Below the pieces are notes generated by a model, which was not told the DNA's origin, made no database searches, and saw only the letters and a list, made by a program, of their open reading frames with translations. The translations under genes were made by a program, and so were the position numbers. From the IMG/VR virus record IMGVR_UViG_3300022555_000010, positions 87,774 to 151,773 of that record: a DNA stretch of 64,000 bases, one strand, 5' to 3'. Of this stretch, positions 45,101 through 54,770 are shown in pieces. Position 1 is the first letter of the stretch, and each line of letters begins with the position of its first letter. Source of the DNA: a virus.

Positions 45101-45220
45101 ATGGGTGGAAAGGTAGAGACGGCAGCGTCTTTCATCGTTGGCCGGCTGAAGAAACACGGGGAACATCCTCGTGGTTTGTATAGTGTCGGGCGAAGACGGT
45201 CTACGACAATGATTCGGTAA
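42134..45220 (+). CDS. terL: terminase large subunit containing an intein
   Basis: Walker A GRRSGKS, Walker B IMIIMDE, ISSP, nuclease GIDLG and HDDISDA. Confidence 0.9.
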   Translation: MANNLLAELSKEFVTGTTEITDVITFSESSWGLGITLSPVQKFTLKCASGDNLIVGDSGIPITLRQYFDDKHSLVETYDETTGEIKWTSSNGVFQNGIKEVYRLTGKLTKRWVELTGDHLVKVPYGYRRLDELKKGDRFVITELEPFAKVNSGLEDWEAGFLGLMVGDGSCSCANIGLVVADGEWEIQRYFEDCVLRMDSNMIFRSRAGEGCFTHYAARPKGWDRNTKSAVGIFLDKHGVLGKTCHEKRVPNAVFQSSSSAQKEFLKCVFATDGGISVHRGKTLGITLLYTSCNRVLIDDIGLLLRRFGVRSTVVHLDTDTNFGKQDAWQIIINSVSEMRRFFSRVGVPMGWERRYDESWPIINSRKRSFSHVDCLPVEVREFATGVRSEFLKGGGRIPRSAPSVIRAQTTNKSSLLALANWTKNVEARRISDGDICWDRVLSIESQGEKDVYDISVPVTNNFVLNGIVVHNCLYGMPLDKGEKTIDVPDIVNEHILYRFNEAEFLHWLYAEKRCNVEFTEGKIWQNLILAWGRRSGKSTLSACISNYEMYKLLKHGDPAKFYDQNPGAVISILNVAPTDEQAEVVFDMTQNMATRCPFIKDRMNHLTQTYFDIQTDEDMKFTGKKKASLLSISGGCSSNALRGQNAIMIIMDEMAHFIDNNGRFSGSEVYNALEPSRLTFRRDGKVICISSPYAKFGKFYELWQDAFQNPEITLGFKMYSAMVNPTKCPTEILKAARKADRTKFMCEYGGEFSDTITAWIEDEAEFKQCVVSSPAPSRGVHDVPYYYGIDLGFKNDGSSVAVVHKDTTTNKIVLDYANVWYSGSSDIWDIDDSPYRLCNKFAKMDLIRMNDIVAEIKDLTKWFPAKEGIFDQHNGYALAELFLNEHMAQFEMQNFSDSLNSEVYQLVKRLYAEQLLVLFDHPVLIPEMLTLEAEKRSKDKTIVRAPVRRGAHDDISDAYCRAVWKCYNGFKERPANISTGTGGRVTPAMGGKVETAASFIVGRLKKHGEHPRGLYSVGRRRSTTMIR
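42272..43549 (+). mobile_element. intein with LAGLIDADG endonuclease (426 aa)
   Basis: K|CASGD...LTGDH...LMVGDG...FATDGG...VYDISV..NNFVLNGIVVHN|C. Confidence 0.92.
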
Positions 45221-45237
45221 CTCCAAAAGGAGATAAT

Positions 45238-45804
45238 ATGACAGTATTAAAGATAGTAAAGAAGATCGGGATAAGTGGTGGAATGCTTTCATCTGCGAAA
45301 GATGCCGAGGCGTCTTTGGCACGGGAGGAGGCCAAGGGGCTTGAGAATGGGCTTCCGGAAGGACATCCACTACGGAATGAGGCCGAGAAGCAAAAGGCAC
45401 TTCTGGGGGATCTAAGCGGTCTTCCTCCTGGTCATCCATTGATCAGGGCTATGCAGGATGCCAAGGCGAGATATGATCAGCAACAGGAGCAAAAAGTTGA
45501 AGAACAGGCTAATGCTTCTGAGGTAAAGAAGGTTCAAAAGGTTGCTTCGGATAGGGCAAGAGTGGCAGCCAGGAGAGCTGAAGAAGATCAGGCGATAAAG
45601 ATTAATGTTTCGGCTAAAGTGGTCAATTCGGGGATAGATGGGGCATTAGGGGAAGTCAGGAAAATTTACAAGATGCTGGCAGACAATGAAGAAATATTGA
45701 ATATTGATCCCTTAAGTAGAGCGAAGGTTGGAAGACTGAAGAGATTACTCTATGCGTCGGAACGTGGGTTGTCTGAGTGTAAGATCTCGAAAGTGGTGGT
45801 ATAA
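45238..45804 (+). CDS. hypothetical coiled-coil protein
   Basis: AGGAG RBS; two LP.GHPL repeats. Confidence 0.65.
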   Translation: MTVLKIVKKIGISGGMLSSAKDAEASLAREEAKGLENGLPEGHPLRNEAEKQKALLGDLSGLPPGHPLIRAMQDAKARYDQQQEQKVEEQANASEVKKVQKVASDRARVAARRAEEDQAIKINVSAKVVNSGIDGALGEVRKIYKMLADNEEILNIDPLSRAKVGRLKRLLYASERGLSECKISKVVV

Positions 45805-45807
45805 TTT

Positions 45808-47877
45808 ATGGCAACTGTAAAAAAAATCAAGACGGCGTCAACGGTAGGGGGGATACCTCGTCCGGAAGTAACTGTTGGACCGGCCGATCCTGTTCGGGCT
45901 CGAATTGCCAGAAAAGCAACTGGTTCCGGCGGATTTGGTTCAAGGTCGGCATCTGGTGGGCGTGAACGTGAAGCCGGAATGTTGATTGATACAAGTCAAG
46001 TCGCAGCTCCATATAGCACCGGATACAAGTTGGAAGCCTACAGGACTTCGTATGCCTATGGTTTGAGCGATCGCACAGGGGCGTATGACATCCCGACTTA
46101 CTTCGTTCAGATGAATGAGCAGAATGGTGGGATGCTCTATTGGCCAGTAACACTTCATGAAAAATACTCCTGGTATCGGTATTGGGCCAGGACAGACTCT
46201 TATATCGGCCGGGCTTTGGAGTTACTCTCAGATTTGCCGATGTCGAAGCTCACTTTGAATATGCCGAAGATGCCAAAGGAAAAGGCAGAATTGAGCGAGG
46301 AGATCCTCAACTTCTTCACCTATCAACTTGAGGTAATCAATGCCTTTGAGTTGTGTCAAAATGTCTTGTGGGAAACCAATATGATTGGGAATACCTACAT
46401 CTTCCACGAATGGGATGACAAGAAGAAGATGTGGAGTCGGGCAATCATGCTTCCCCCGGAGGAAGTCTATGTTTTCCAATTTCCATTCACGGACAACAAG
46501 AGGGTTGAATATAGGCCTCAAAGGTTGATTTCATTGATTAAGGCAGATGGAGGAGAGACGGCAAGTTCTACTCCCACTGGAGATTTTGATCGGTCTTCGA
46601 TGAATAATCAGATCGTTGAAGGGGTGCCGAAAGAACTGCGGGATATGGTTAAAAAAGAAGGCTGTATTGTAATGGATACAGACCCGTTGACCGGATCTTT
46701 CGTTCATCATATTGCTCGTCGCCGGTCGCCATATATGGATTTAGGATCATCGGTACTGGAGCGGGTATTGGTTCCTATGCTTCAGAAGGAGCATTACCGG
46801 TATACTCAGTTGAGTTTGGCCAGTCGGAATATGACTCCGAAGAATTTGATCACAGCTCCTGGGCTAATGCCAGATGAACTTAATGATTTGAGGACTCAGG
46901 TTGACTTGTCATATATGGACCCTGAATACTCGATTATTACCAACTACGAAGTGAACTGGCAACAGATCGGTGTCCAGGAACGTATGCTGGACTTCAGCCG
47001 GGAATACGAACAGATTGAGAATCAGGTGTTCGCTGCTCTTGGGGTAACTCGGGAATTGTTGACAGGTGAGGGAGCGTTTTCCGGAACGAAGATCACCGTT
47101 GAGATCCTGAACACGATGTTCTTATTGACTCGGGAAGTGCTTCGGAACTACATCGAGAAGCAGTTGTTTATCCCGATTTGTGAGGCTCATAAATGGTTTG
47201 ATGAGGATAAGAATGGGGCCAAGAAGTATTGGTATCCTACCATTGGATTCAATCGTTTGACGATTCGAGATAATGCCGAAGTATTTGACAGTCTGTTCCA
47301 GTTATACAGTAAGGGAAGTTTGCCGGTCGAGGTCATTTACGAGTTGTTCAACTTGAATGCGGACGAGATGGATTCGAAGTTGAGGGCGGCATTGTTTACT
47401 GTCAAGGATTCGACATTCAATCGTGCATCCGAAGAAGTTAATATCGAGGTTGGTCGGGCTTTGGTCACGCAGACGGATGTTGTCCAGAGGGCGGCGAAGT
47501 ATCTTGGTTTGACTTACAAGGGTCCGCCGGAAGGTGGAGATGGGACAGACGGTGGAGGCGATCCTGGCGGAGGTGGTGCTCCAGGAGAAGATGCCGCTGG
47601 TGCAGAAACATCTGAGGGTAATGGCGGATTCCAGGAGGGATATGGAGAGGCCCCTGAGACTGATGGTGGGACTGTTACGGGTGAGGGCGGGGAACAAGTC
47701 ACCAAGGATAATGACAAGCAAGAGAAGAAACCGGAAGACAAGAAGCCGGAAGAGAAGAAACCGGATCTTGATGCCTTGTCTAAGGAATTGGTAGACGCTT
47801 TGCCGCCGAATGCCACGGAACAGGACATTGCAGAGGCGGTAGAAGAGGCTGATAAGGCACATGGAGAAAAGAAATGA
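45808..47877 (+). CDS. putative portal protein
   Basis: Position after TerL; GNTYIF..., ALGVTRELLTGEG; acidic Gly-rich tail. Confidence 0.6.
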   Translation: MATVKKIKTASTVGGIPRPEVTVGPADPVRARIARKATGSGGFGSRSASGGREREAGMLIDTSQVAAPYSTGYKLEAYRTSYAYGLSDRTGAYDIPTYFVQMNEQNGGMLYWPVTLHEKYSWYRYWARTDSYIGRALELLSDLPMSKLTLNMPKMPKEKAELSEEILNFFTYQLEVINAFELCQNVLWETNMIGNTYIFHEWDDKKKMWSRAIMLPPEEVYVFQFPFTDNKRVEYRPQRLISLIKADGGETASSTPTGDFDRSSMNNQIVEGVPKELRDMVKKEGCIVMDTDPLTGSFVHHIARRRSPYMDLGSSVLERVLVPMLQKEHYRYTQLSLASRNMTPKNLITAPGLMPDELNDLRTQVDLSYMDPEYSIITNYEVNWQQIGVQERMLDFSREYEQIENQVFAALGVTRELLTGEGAFSGTKITVEILNTMFLLTREVLRNYIEKQLFIPICEAHKWFDEDKNGAKKYWYPTIGFNRLTIRDNAEVFDSLFQLYSKGSLPVEVIYELFNLNADEMDSKLRAALFTVKDSTFNRASEEVNIEVGRALVTQTDVVQRAAKYLGLTYKGPPEGGDGTDGGGDPGGGGAPGEDAAGAETSEGNGGFQEGYGEAPETDGGTVTGEGGEQVTKDNDKQEKKPEDKKPEEKKPDLDALSKELVDALPPNATEQDIAEAVEEADKAHGEKK

Positions 47878-50501
47878 TCACACAAGTTCTTCGACGGGCA
47901 CAGCTTGATGAGAAAATCAAGAAACAGATTCGACAACGGGTCAAGAAACTCCTGAAGCAGAAGCAAAAGGATGATCCTGAACAGTCGGATTCCGGCGATG
48001 AACAATCTGATGCCTCGGAAACCAATACTGAGGGGACAGTCTACTTGTTTGATGCTTCGGATCATTCTTCGAGGAGTATGGTTGCCATCGAATTCGACAC
48101 CCAGAAAGAGTTCGAGATTTATAAAAAGGATCACGATATTGAACCCGGAACGAAGGTAAAGATTCTGGATGAGGGAAAGAGCAAATCCAAGAAGCCTGAT
48201 GAGACTGGGAAGAAGCGTGGTCCTGGGGAAGATGAGGAAAAGGCAAAGCCTTCTAAGAAAAAAGAGGATGACAAGGGCAAGGAGAAGAAGCCCGAGGATG
48301 AGGGAAAGAAGACTGAAGGACAGAAGCCAGAGCAGAAGGAGCCTGGGGAGCCTTTGGAACATTCACATCCGGCCAGGATACCCGAGGGAATGCATCGTCA
48401 GGTCGCGATCAAAGACAGGTTGATTGATGAATTCGGTGCAGAGGCGAAGGACTGGAAGGTTCATAAACTTGATCCATCACAGCTTTCGATTGGGGTTGAG
48501 ATCAAGTTCCCGGACGGTTCGAGTAAGAAGTATGGACAGCTTTCACCGGACGAGAAGACGAGGGTGGATAAGGCGGTATCTGAGGGTTTGGCGGCCACAA
48601 AGGGATTGGGAGATTATACCAGTGTCTCTCCGGCAGCGTTTCAGGAAAACATGGCGGTGAATCTGGGCCGGTATGATGATGACTCCGTCGAGGAATCCAA
48701 GATTGACAGCACAGAGCCGGTCACAAAAGAGAATGTGGGACAATTGTCTTCAGCTCTCCGGGAGAATGGTCGGACGCTTCTGAAGAAATATTCCAAGAGC
48801 ATGTCCAGTGTCTCTCGTCCAATGGCCGAGAAATTTGTGGATGATATGTCTGATTCAGTCATTGAAGGTGTTCGTGACGGGTCCCTGGCAGGGATCAAAG
48901 AGGCGGATGTTGATGAGTTCGTTCGGGAAAGCGTTAAACGGTTGATTGGACAGGAAGTTGAGACACGTCGCAGATCCCTGGGAGATCATGGTATCAGGCA
49001 TGTGGCTTCAAACGTAAGAAGTTCGATGACAATGCTTAATGACTTACAGAGCAACGGGATACCAATTACCGGGAAACAGAAGTTAATGGCAGCGGGGATA
49101 ATGGCGGATCACGACATTGGTTATATGGTCGGGGATGTCGGCATAGACATTTCAAAGGGTAAAAAGCACAAGGAGTATTCCAAGGAAATCGTAGACCAGG
49201 AGAGGGAACGATTTGATAAGGTATTTGGGAAAGAAGATGGGGATAAGGCTCGGGTTATTATTGCGACTCACGATGACCCCATCTTTGACTGGGAGAAAGA
49301 CCCGGTTGGTTCTTCAGTAAGGCTTGCAGATAATGCTTCTCTTTTTGGTGCGGAGAAGGTTCAGGATTTATTCCTTCGTAGCCCCAAGGCTACAAACTTG
49401 GCTTGTAAATTGAGATTGGCGGCAGAGGGTAAGCCGGATGACAAGAAACTCCAGGAAGATATCAAGGGCCAGATGCACGAAGTCGTTGATGGTGGGGAGT
49501 TTGAGGAAGCTGACCGGGATTCCTTACATCACCAGATTGACGAGATGACTGAGGAGAAATTCAGCACAACGACAGATATCTTGAGCCGGTTCAGTGGGGA
49601 AACAAATGGTTTCAAGTATGACTCGGCGAAGAAGGTCATGAATGTGGATATGAAGTATTCTTCCGAAGGACAGATGGTGGATCAGTTATTCGGGGATGCT
49701 GTGGCTTGTAAGCAATTTGAGAAGTTCACCAAGGACCTCGGGGGACAGCCTATTCGTGGCAAGCGTGGAAACACGATGTTTAAGAGTCAGGACGGGAAGC
49801 CGGCCTTCCAATTGAACATTGATGGGTTTGATGAGCAGGACAATCCACAGACGGCAGCGATGCGGGATTTTGCCGGGAAGACAGCCAGGACGGAACTTCG
49901 CCGGGCATCGATGATGATGTCTCCTCCACCGGTAGCGACTGAAAAGGATATGAACAAGGCTAAGAAGGCGTTGGAACCGGCCAAGGACAAGTTCAGCAAG
50001 GATGAGTGGAACAAGTTGATGAAGGCTTTTGATGAGGGGACTAAGGACCCGGAAGCCTTGTCCAAACAGATCGGTATGTGGCCTTTATTGAAATCGGAAT
50101 TCGACTTTCTGGAGAGTAAGTCAGCTTCTGACCGTATAGTCCGGAGACTGGTAGTTTCGATGATAGCGGACCGGGTGGCTGATTCTGTCCTGGAAGATGT
50201 TTTCGAGGGAGACACAACACTTCAGGAAGGGGTGATTGTGGCAGGGAGAGGGCATCAGACCCAGAGGAAGGATAAGGATTTGATGAGGGACACGGGTGGG
50301 ATATCCAAAAACAGGCGGAAAGAGCCGGATATAAAGCCTCCCCGGTCGGATTCAGCTAATCGGTATCGGACTAAGGACAAGCCATCGGATGAGCGTGACC
50401 CGGATGTGGACAGAAAGGCATCGACTAATTTTGAGTCTATGGCCAGAGCGGAGTTGTCCAGGACTCCTGGGACATTCCGAGAAGCTGTTCACAGGGGTTA
50501 A
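47874..50501 (+). CDS. large charged protein with HD-like domain
   Basis: DHGIRHV...HDIGY...HD...LADN. Confidence 0.55.
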   Translation: MITQVLRRAQLDEKIKKQIRQRVKKLLKQKQKDDPEQSDSGDEQSDASETNTEGTVYLFDASDHSSRSMVAIEFDTQKEFEIYKKDHDIEPGTKVKILDEGKSKSKKPDETGKKRGPGEDEEKAKPSKKKEDDKGKEKKPEDEGKKTEGQKPEQKEPGEPLEHSHPARIPEGMHRQVAIKDRLIDEFGAEAKDWKVHKLDPSQLSIGVEIKFPDGSSKKYGQLSPDEKTRVDKAVSEGLAATKGLGDYTSVSPAAFQENMAVNLGRYDDDSVEESKIDSTEPVTKENVGQLSSALRENGRTLLKKYSKSMSSVSRPMAEKFVDDMSDSVIEGVRDGSLAGIKEADVDEFVRESVKRLIGQEVETRRRSLGDHGIRHVASNVRSSMTMLNDLQSNGIPITGKQKLMAAGIMADHDIGYMVGDVGIDISKGKKHKEYSKEIVDQERERFDKVFGKEDGDKARVIIATHDDPIFDWEKDPVGSSVRLADNASLFGAEKVQDLFLRSPKATNLACKLRLAAEGKPDDKKLQEDIKGQMHEVVDGGEFEEADRDSLHHQIDEMTEEKFSTTTDILSRFSGETNGFKYDSAKKVMNVDMKYSSEGQMVDQLFGDAVACKQFEKFTKDLGGQPIRGKRGNTMFKSQDGKPAFQLNIDGFDEQDNPQTAAMRDFAGKTARTELRRASMMMSPPPVATEKDMNKAKKALEPAKDKFSKDEWNKLMKAFDEGTKDPEALSKQIGMWPLLKSEFDFLESKSASDRIVRRLVVSMIADRVADSVLEDVFEGDTTLQEGVIVAGRGHQTQRKDKDLMRDTGGISKNRRKEPDIKPPRSDSANRYRTKDKPSDERDPDVDRKASTNFESMARAELSRTPGTFREAVHRG

Positions 50502-50503
50502 AA

Positions 50504-51991
50504 ATGGATATTGTTGCAGAACTCAACGCTATTGCCAGGGAAATTAAGGCTTCACCTTCTGAGAAGGAAGTGGAGCGTCTGATGAAAAGTGTTCTACGTG
50601 GAACGGTTTTTGCCAATAAGACTCACGCGGTCGGTGGCTATGTGAGAGACGAGTTGTTGGGAATTGACGCAAAAGACCTGGATATTGTCGTTGAAATGAA
50701 GGATGGGGCTGAGAAACTAACCAATTGGTTGCATCAGTTATTTCCGGTTGAGACATCTACCCCGAGAAGATTGGGTGCCGGGTATCCTATCTGGCAGATC
50801 GTTTTCAAAGCCAATGTTGTCCATAACGATGAGGAATATGCCACAGAAGGGGCAACAATCGAGTTCGTTGATACTCAGAAGGAATCATTCCCGGACCCTA
50901 AAAGTCGGCAGAGAGTTGTTGAGTATGGGACTTTGAAGGAGGATATTGAGCGGAGAGATTTCACAGTCAATATGTTGCTCAAGGATTTGTCCACAGGGGA
51001 GGTTGTAGACCTGACGGGGACGAGTAGACAGGATCTTCAGGATGGTGTCCTACGCGGGCACCCAGGGGTTGATTTTGACAAGATACTGAGGGATGACCCG
51101 CTTCGGATGCTTCGGCTTGTCAGGTTCCAGGCAAAATACGGTTGGAATATTCCAATGGACGTTTTGAAGGCGGTCAGGAGGAATGCTTCCAGGATTGAGA
51201 TAATGTCCGGGGAGAGGATTCAGGGCGAGTTGGTCAAGATGATGGAATTGGGAAAGTTAGCACAGGGAATCAGGATGATGAAGGCTGTAGGGTTACTTCA
51301 GTATGTTTTACCCGAGGTCCAGGCGATGTCCGGGGTAGAACACGAATATTCCAAGGGATCACACCAAGAGGGGGACGTTCTCCGGCACACTCTGATGGTG
51401 CTTCAAAATGCTAAGCCGGGGGTTGAAAGTCAACTTGCGGCCTTATTGCATGATGTTGGCAAGCCAGATTCTCAGGATATTTTAGATGGGACGATTCGGT
51501 TTATAGGTCACGAGAAGGTATCCGGGGAGATAGCCGAAGCGATCTTGAGACGGCTGAAGTTCGATTCTTCGACGATTACGAGGGTGAGAGGGATAGTCGA
51601 GGGACATATGAGGCCACACCAATTGTCGAGGTCTGAAGCCGGGCCTTCAGCACTTCGGAGATTCATACGGGATGTTGGAGCCGAACTGGTGGGAGCAATC
51701 ATGGATTTAGCGGAAGCCGATTGTTTGGGGACAATCCCTCCGAGAAATTTGATACCAGATTTACGAAAGGAAATTGATGCTTTAATGGCCCCGGTTCAAA
51801 AGGCCGAAGAATTACCGATTGATGGTAAGGATATCCAAAGGATTTTAAAGATAGGTCCAGGCAAGCAGATAGGAGATATGCTTAAGTTGTTGAAGGACAA
51901 GAAGTTCGAGATGGGGCAAGACGGTATAGAAATGACCAAAGACATTGCGGAAAATTTTATAATCGAACGCTATAGCGGAGGGGCACGATGA
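50504..51991 (+). CDS. cca: CCA-adding tRNA nucleotidyltransferase with HD domain
   Basis: VGGYVRD..DLDIV, EDIERRDFTVN, DDPLRMLR..RF, SGERI, LLHDVGKP. Confidence 0.9.
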   Translation: MDIVAELNAIAREIKASPSEKEVERLMKSVLRGTVFANKTHAVGGYVRDELLGIDAKDLDIVVEMKDGAEKLTNWLHQLFPVETSTPRRLGAGYPIWQIVFKANVVHNDEEYATEGATIEFVDTQKESFPDPKSRQRVVEYGTLKEDIERRDFTVNMLLKDLSTGEVVDLTGTSRQDLQDGVLRGHPGVDFDKILRDDPLRMLRLVRFQAKYGWNIPMDVLKAVRRNASRIEIMSGERIQGELVKMMELGKLAQGIRMMKAVGLLQYVLPEVQAMSGVEHEYSKGSHQEGDVLRHTLMVLQNAKPGVESQLAALLHDVGKPDSQDILDGTIRFIGHEKVSGEIAEAILRRLKFDSSTITRVRGIVEGHMRPHQLSRSEAGPSALRRFIRDVGAELVGAIMDLAEADCLGTIPPRNLIPDLRKEIDALMAPVQKAEELPIDGKDIQRILKIGPGKQIGDMLKLLKDKKFEMGQDGIEMTKDIAENFIIERYSGGAR

Positions 51992-52302
51992 ATGAGAGGA
52001 TCGCAAAGATGACAGAAACTGTTGCATCAGAAGTAATTGGTGATGAATCGCCAAGGGTATCTGTTCCTCAATTCAGGACGGCGGCCGTGACTCCCGATGA
52101 GGATGAGGCATTATCGAATGTTGATCAGGCTTTTGATGCGATCCTGGCGGCGGCAGCGGTGATCGACGACAATCTTCCGAATATTAAGACAGGGAATGTC
52201 CCGGAGAAGGCAGCGGTTGATGCAATCAAAGACCTGATGGAAACGGCTATAAAGCCTTACCTGGCTGATGCACTCAAGGCGATGCAGATTTTTGGAAAAT
52301 AG
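51988..52302 (+). CDS. hypothetical protein
   Basis: ATGA-coupled. Confidence 0.6.
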   Translation: MNERIAKMTETVASEVIGDESPRVSVPQFRTAAVTPDEDEALSNVDQAFDAILAAAAVIDDNLPNIKTGNVPEKAAVDAIKDLMETAIKPYLADALKAMQIFGK

Positions 52303-52312
52303 GAGAATAATT

Positions 52313-52711
52313 ATGGCAGTCAATGACAGAGTTCAGATAGACAGTGGAGACATCTCTGCGGGTCAACTTGCCCCATCACAGGCGGCACGGACGAATTTCA
52401 CCCCAGGGAAAGCGACAGCCAAGCCAGGAGATATGAATTGGCCGAAGGATTTCAGGCTTCCTACCGGGACACCGGCATTTGATGGTGAGGCAGCGGGTCC
52501 AGTGGAAATGAATCGGACGAGAGTTATCAAATTGGGTCGCAATATTGTTTCAGACCAAACTGTTTTAGCCCCGGTGGTTACAGGGACGAGGGTAGAGACT
52601 CGGGATGGTCAAGGGATTCACGGGGTAGATACGGTTACTGATACTGTTAATCCTCCAAATTTAGCCAATCGGGAACGGCAGGCTGGGAATGATTCGATTA
52701 AGGGGGCATAA
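52313..52711 (+). CDS. hypothetical protein
   Basis: AGGAG RBS. Confidence 0.6.
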   Translation: MAVNDRVQIDSGDISAGQLAPSQAARTNFTPGKATAKPGDMNWPKDFRLPTGTPAFDGEAAGPVEMNRTRVIKLGRNIVSDQTVLAPVVTGTRVETRDGQGIHGVDTVTDTVNPPNLANRERQAGNDSIKGA

Positions 52712-52714
52712 TTT

Positions 52715-53677
52715 ATGGACATCTATGTCGTCACAAAAGAATTTTCCTCACCACAACTCGGAGTTAGATTAAACTTGTCGGATACTGTTGGCCATTACAG
52801 TTCCCAGGTTATAGACCTTGTTGGTGGGACTCAATATTCAAGTCAGGCTTTTTATGATTGGGTTGGTTCTCCAGACAGTTTCAATTATTTGTCTTATACT
52901 GGGTCTATTCCAGACCCGTCTTCCGGTGGCGGCGGTGGCGGGGCTCAGGGCTATCAGGGAGTTCAAGGGTTTAGGGGGTTTCAAGGAGTTACTGGTCCAC
53001 AAGGATCTCAAGGTTTAGGGACTCAGGGTAATCAAGGTGTTGTCGGAATTGGGAATCAGGGGGTTCAAGGTAATCAGGGTAATATTGGACCGCAAGGTAA
53101 TCAGGGAGTTCAGGGAGTTACGGGATCTCAGGGAGCTGTTGGGACACAAGGACATCAAGGATTTCAGGGAAATATAGGAGTTGGAACACAAGGATTTCAG
53201 GGTGTCACTGGTTCAGGATCTCAAGGAGTTACGGGCTCCCAAGGATTTCAGGGTCCTCTAGGTTCTACGGGATCTCAGGGTGTTGTAGGATTACAAGGCT
53301 CTACAGGATCTCAGGGTGTTGGATTGCAAGGTGTTCAGGGTTCAGCAGGTGGTGGACTTGTTGTTACCCCTCTCACTTATGCTGCCACTCTTAACACTGA
53401 TGCTTCTACGGGCAATCTATTCAGGGTCACACTCACGGGTAATGTGACTCTTGCCAATCCCACAAATGCGACAGACGGGAAAGCAATCACTTGGGAAATA
53501 AAGCAGGATGGAGTTGGAAGCAGAACGGTTACGCTGGGTAGCAAATTTGTTATCCCGACGAATGCCACAACGCCTTTGGCGTGGTCAACGGCGGCCAATG
53601 CAATGGACATTCTGGCAGTCCGATACAATGCGGGTGCCGACAAGTTTTATGTCCTGTCAATGGTAGGAGGTTACTAA
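52715..53677 (+). CDS. collagen-like fibre protein (module 2)
   Basis: G-x-Q repeats; C-terminal domain paralogous to 26606, ending FYVLSMVGGY. Confidence 0.85.
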   Translation: MDIYVVTKEFSSPQLGVRLNLSDTVGHYSSQVIDLVGGTQYSSQAFYDWVGSPDSFNYLSYTGSIPDPSSGGGGGGAQGYQGVQGFRGFQGVTGPQGSQGLGTQGNQGVVGIGNQGVQGNQGNIGPQGNQGVQGVTGSQGAVGTQGHQGFQGNIGVGTQGFQGVTGSGSQGVTGSQGFQGPLGSTGSQGVVGLQGSTGSQGVGLQGVQGSAGGGLVVTPLTYAATLNTDASTGNLFRVTLTGNVTLANPTNATDGKAITWEIKQDGVGSRTVTLGSKFVIPTNATTPLAWSTAANAMDILAVRYNAGADKFYVLSMVGGY

Positions 53678-53678
53678 A

Positions 53679-54761
53679 ATGGCAACAATCAACTGGACTG
53701 GAAATATAGACGGCGACTTGACCAATGTCGGCAACTGGGATACCGCAGTGCCAACAACAGGCGATGCAGTTGTCATTGATGTTGCCAATTTTACGGGGGC
53801 TTCAGCCAATCCATCAACAGGGACATGTACATCCGATACGGTGGTAATCAACTATGCGACCCAAATTGACGGCGGGACATATTCGGGTACTCCTAACAAT
53901 TCGGGAGCTATCACAGGTGGCACATGGAACGGCGACAACGCACTTAATGCTGGGACTATCTCAGGCGGAACCTTCACCGGGACTAATTTCAATAATGGTT
54001 ATAACGGTAACATAACAGGCGGAGCCTTCACGGGCTCAGGCTTTACTGTTGATTATGGTGGCGTCATAACAGACGGTCATTTCACGGGCTCAGGGCTTGT
54101 CATTACGCCAAGCGGAGGATCGGCTGGGGCAATCTATGGCGGGACTTTTGACGGGGATGTAAGTTCTGGCTCATTCAATGTGATGTTTTTGATTTACGGC
54201 GGAACATTCAACAGCACCGTCAATATTGCTGTAATTGTCGTAGGAGGAACTTTCAATGATGGACTGACTACCCAGAATGATATTTCAGGTGGTGAAGTCT
54301 TTGGAGGTTTTCTGACTTACTACAATATCTCAGGAGGCACATTCCACGGGGCGGTAAACGAATATGGTTATAGTTATGCCAATGTAATCTCAGGGGGGAC
54401 TTTCAATTCTACTGTATACACGCAAGTCCCTATCACAGGAGGCACTTTTGTTGGAGCTATCAGTTTGTCAAATGTACAAGTCTCAGGCGGAAACTTTTAC
54501 GGCGATGTAGTCTTTGGCTCAGGCTCAGGCACTCCAACAGGTCAGTATCCTTACTTCCTTGGCCATGTCGAAGTTCAATCATATGCCGACATTGAAAGCG
54601 GTACATTCGTCGGGACATTGCAGGTCAACCCTGGAAGCACATTCAATTTTGCAAGTACCTACATTTCCATGTGGGGTTTACAGGGGTTAAAAATGTATGA
54701 CAGCCCGGTCTTTACACTGGCTAAAGGTATCAACGGGAGTGGAATATTGGGTCTTTTATAA
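53679..54761 (+). CDS. Gly-rich beta-solenoid repeat protein
   Basis: I-(S/T)-GG-T-F repeats; ends KGINGSGILGLL. Confidence 0.7.
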   Translation: MATINWTGNIDGDLTNVGNWDTAVPTTGDAVVIDVANFTGASANPSTGTCTSDTVVINYATQIDGGTYSGTPNNSGAITGGTWNGDNALNAGTISGGTFTGTNFNNGYNGNITGGAFTGSGFTVDYGGVITDGHFTGSGLVITPSGGSAGAIYGGTFDGDVSSGSFNVMFLIYGGTFNSTVNIAVIVVGGTFNDGLTTQNDISGGEVFGGFLTYYNISGGTFHGAVNEYGYSYANVISGGTFNSTVYTQVPITGGTFVGAISLSNVQVSGGNFYGDVVFGSGSGTPTGQYPYFLGHVEVQSYADIESGTFVGTLQVNPGSTFNFASTYISMWGLQGLKMYDSPVFTLAKGINGSGILGLL

Positions 54762-54770
54762 GGGGGAATT

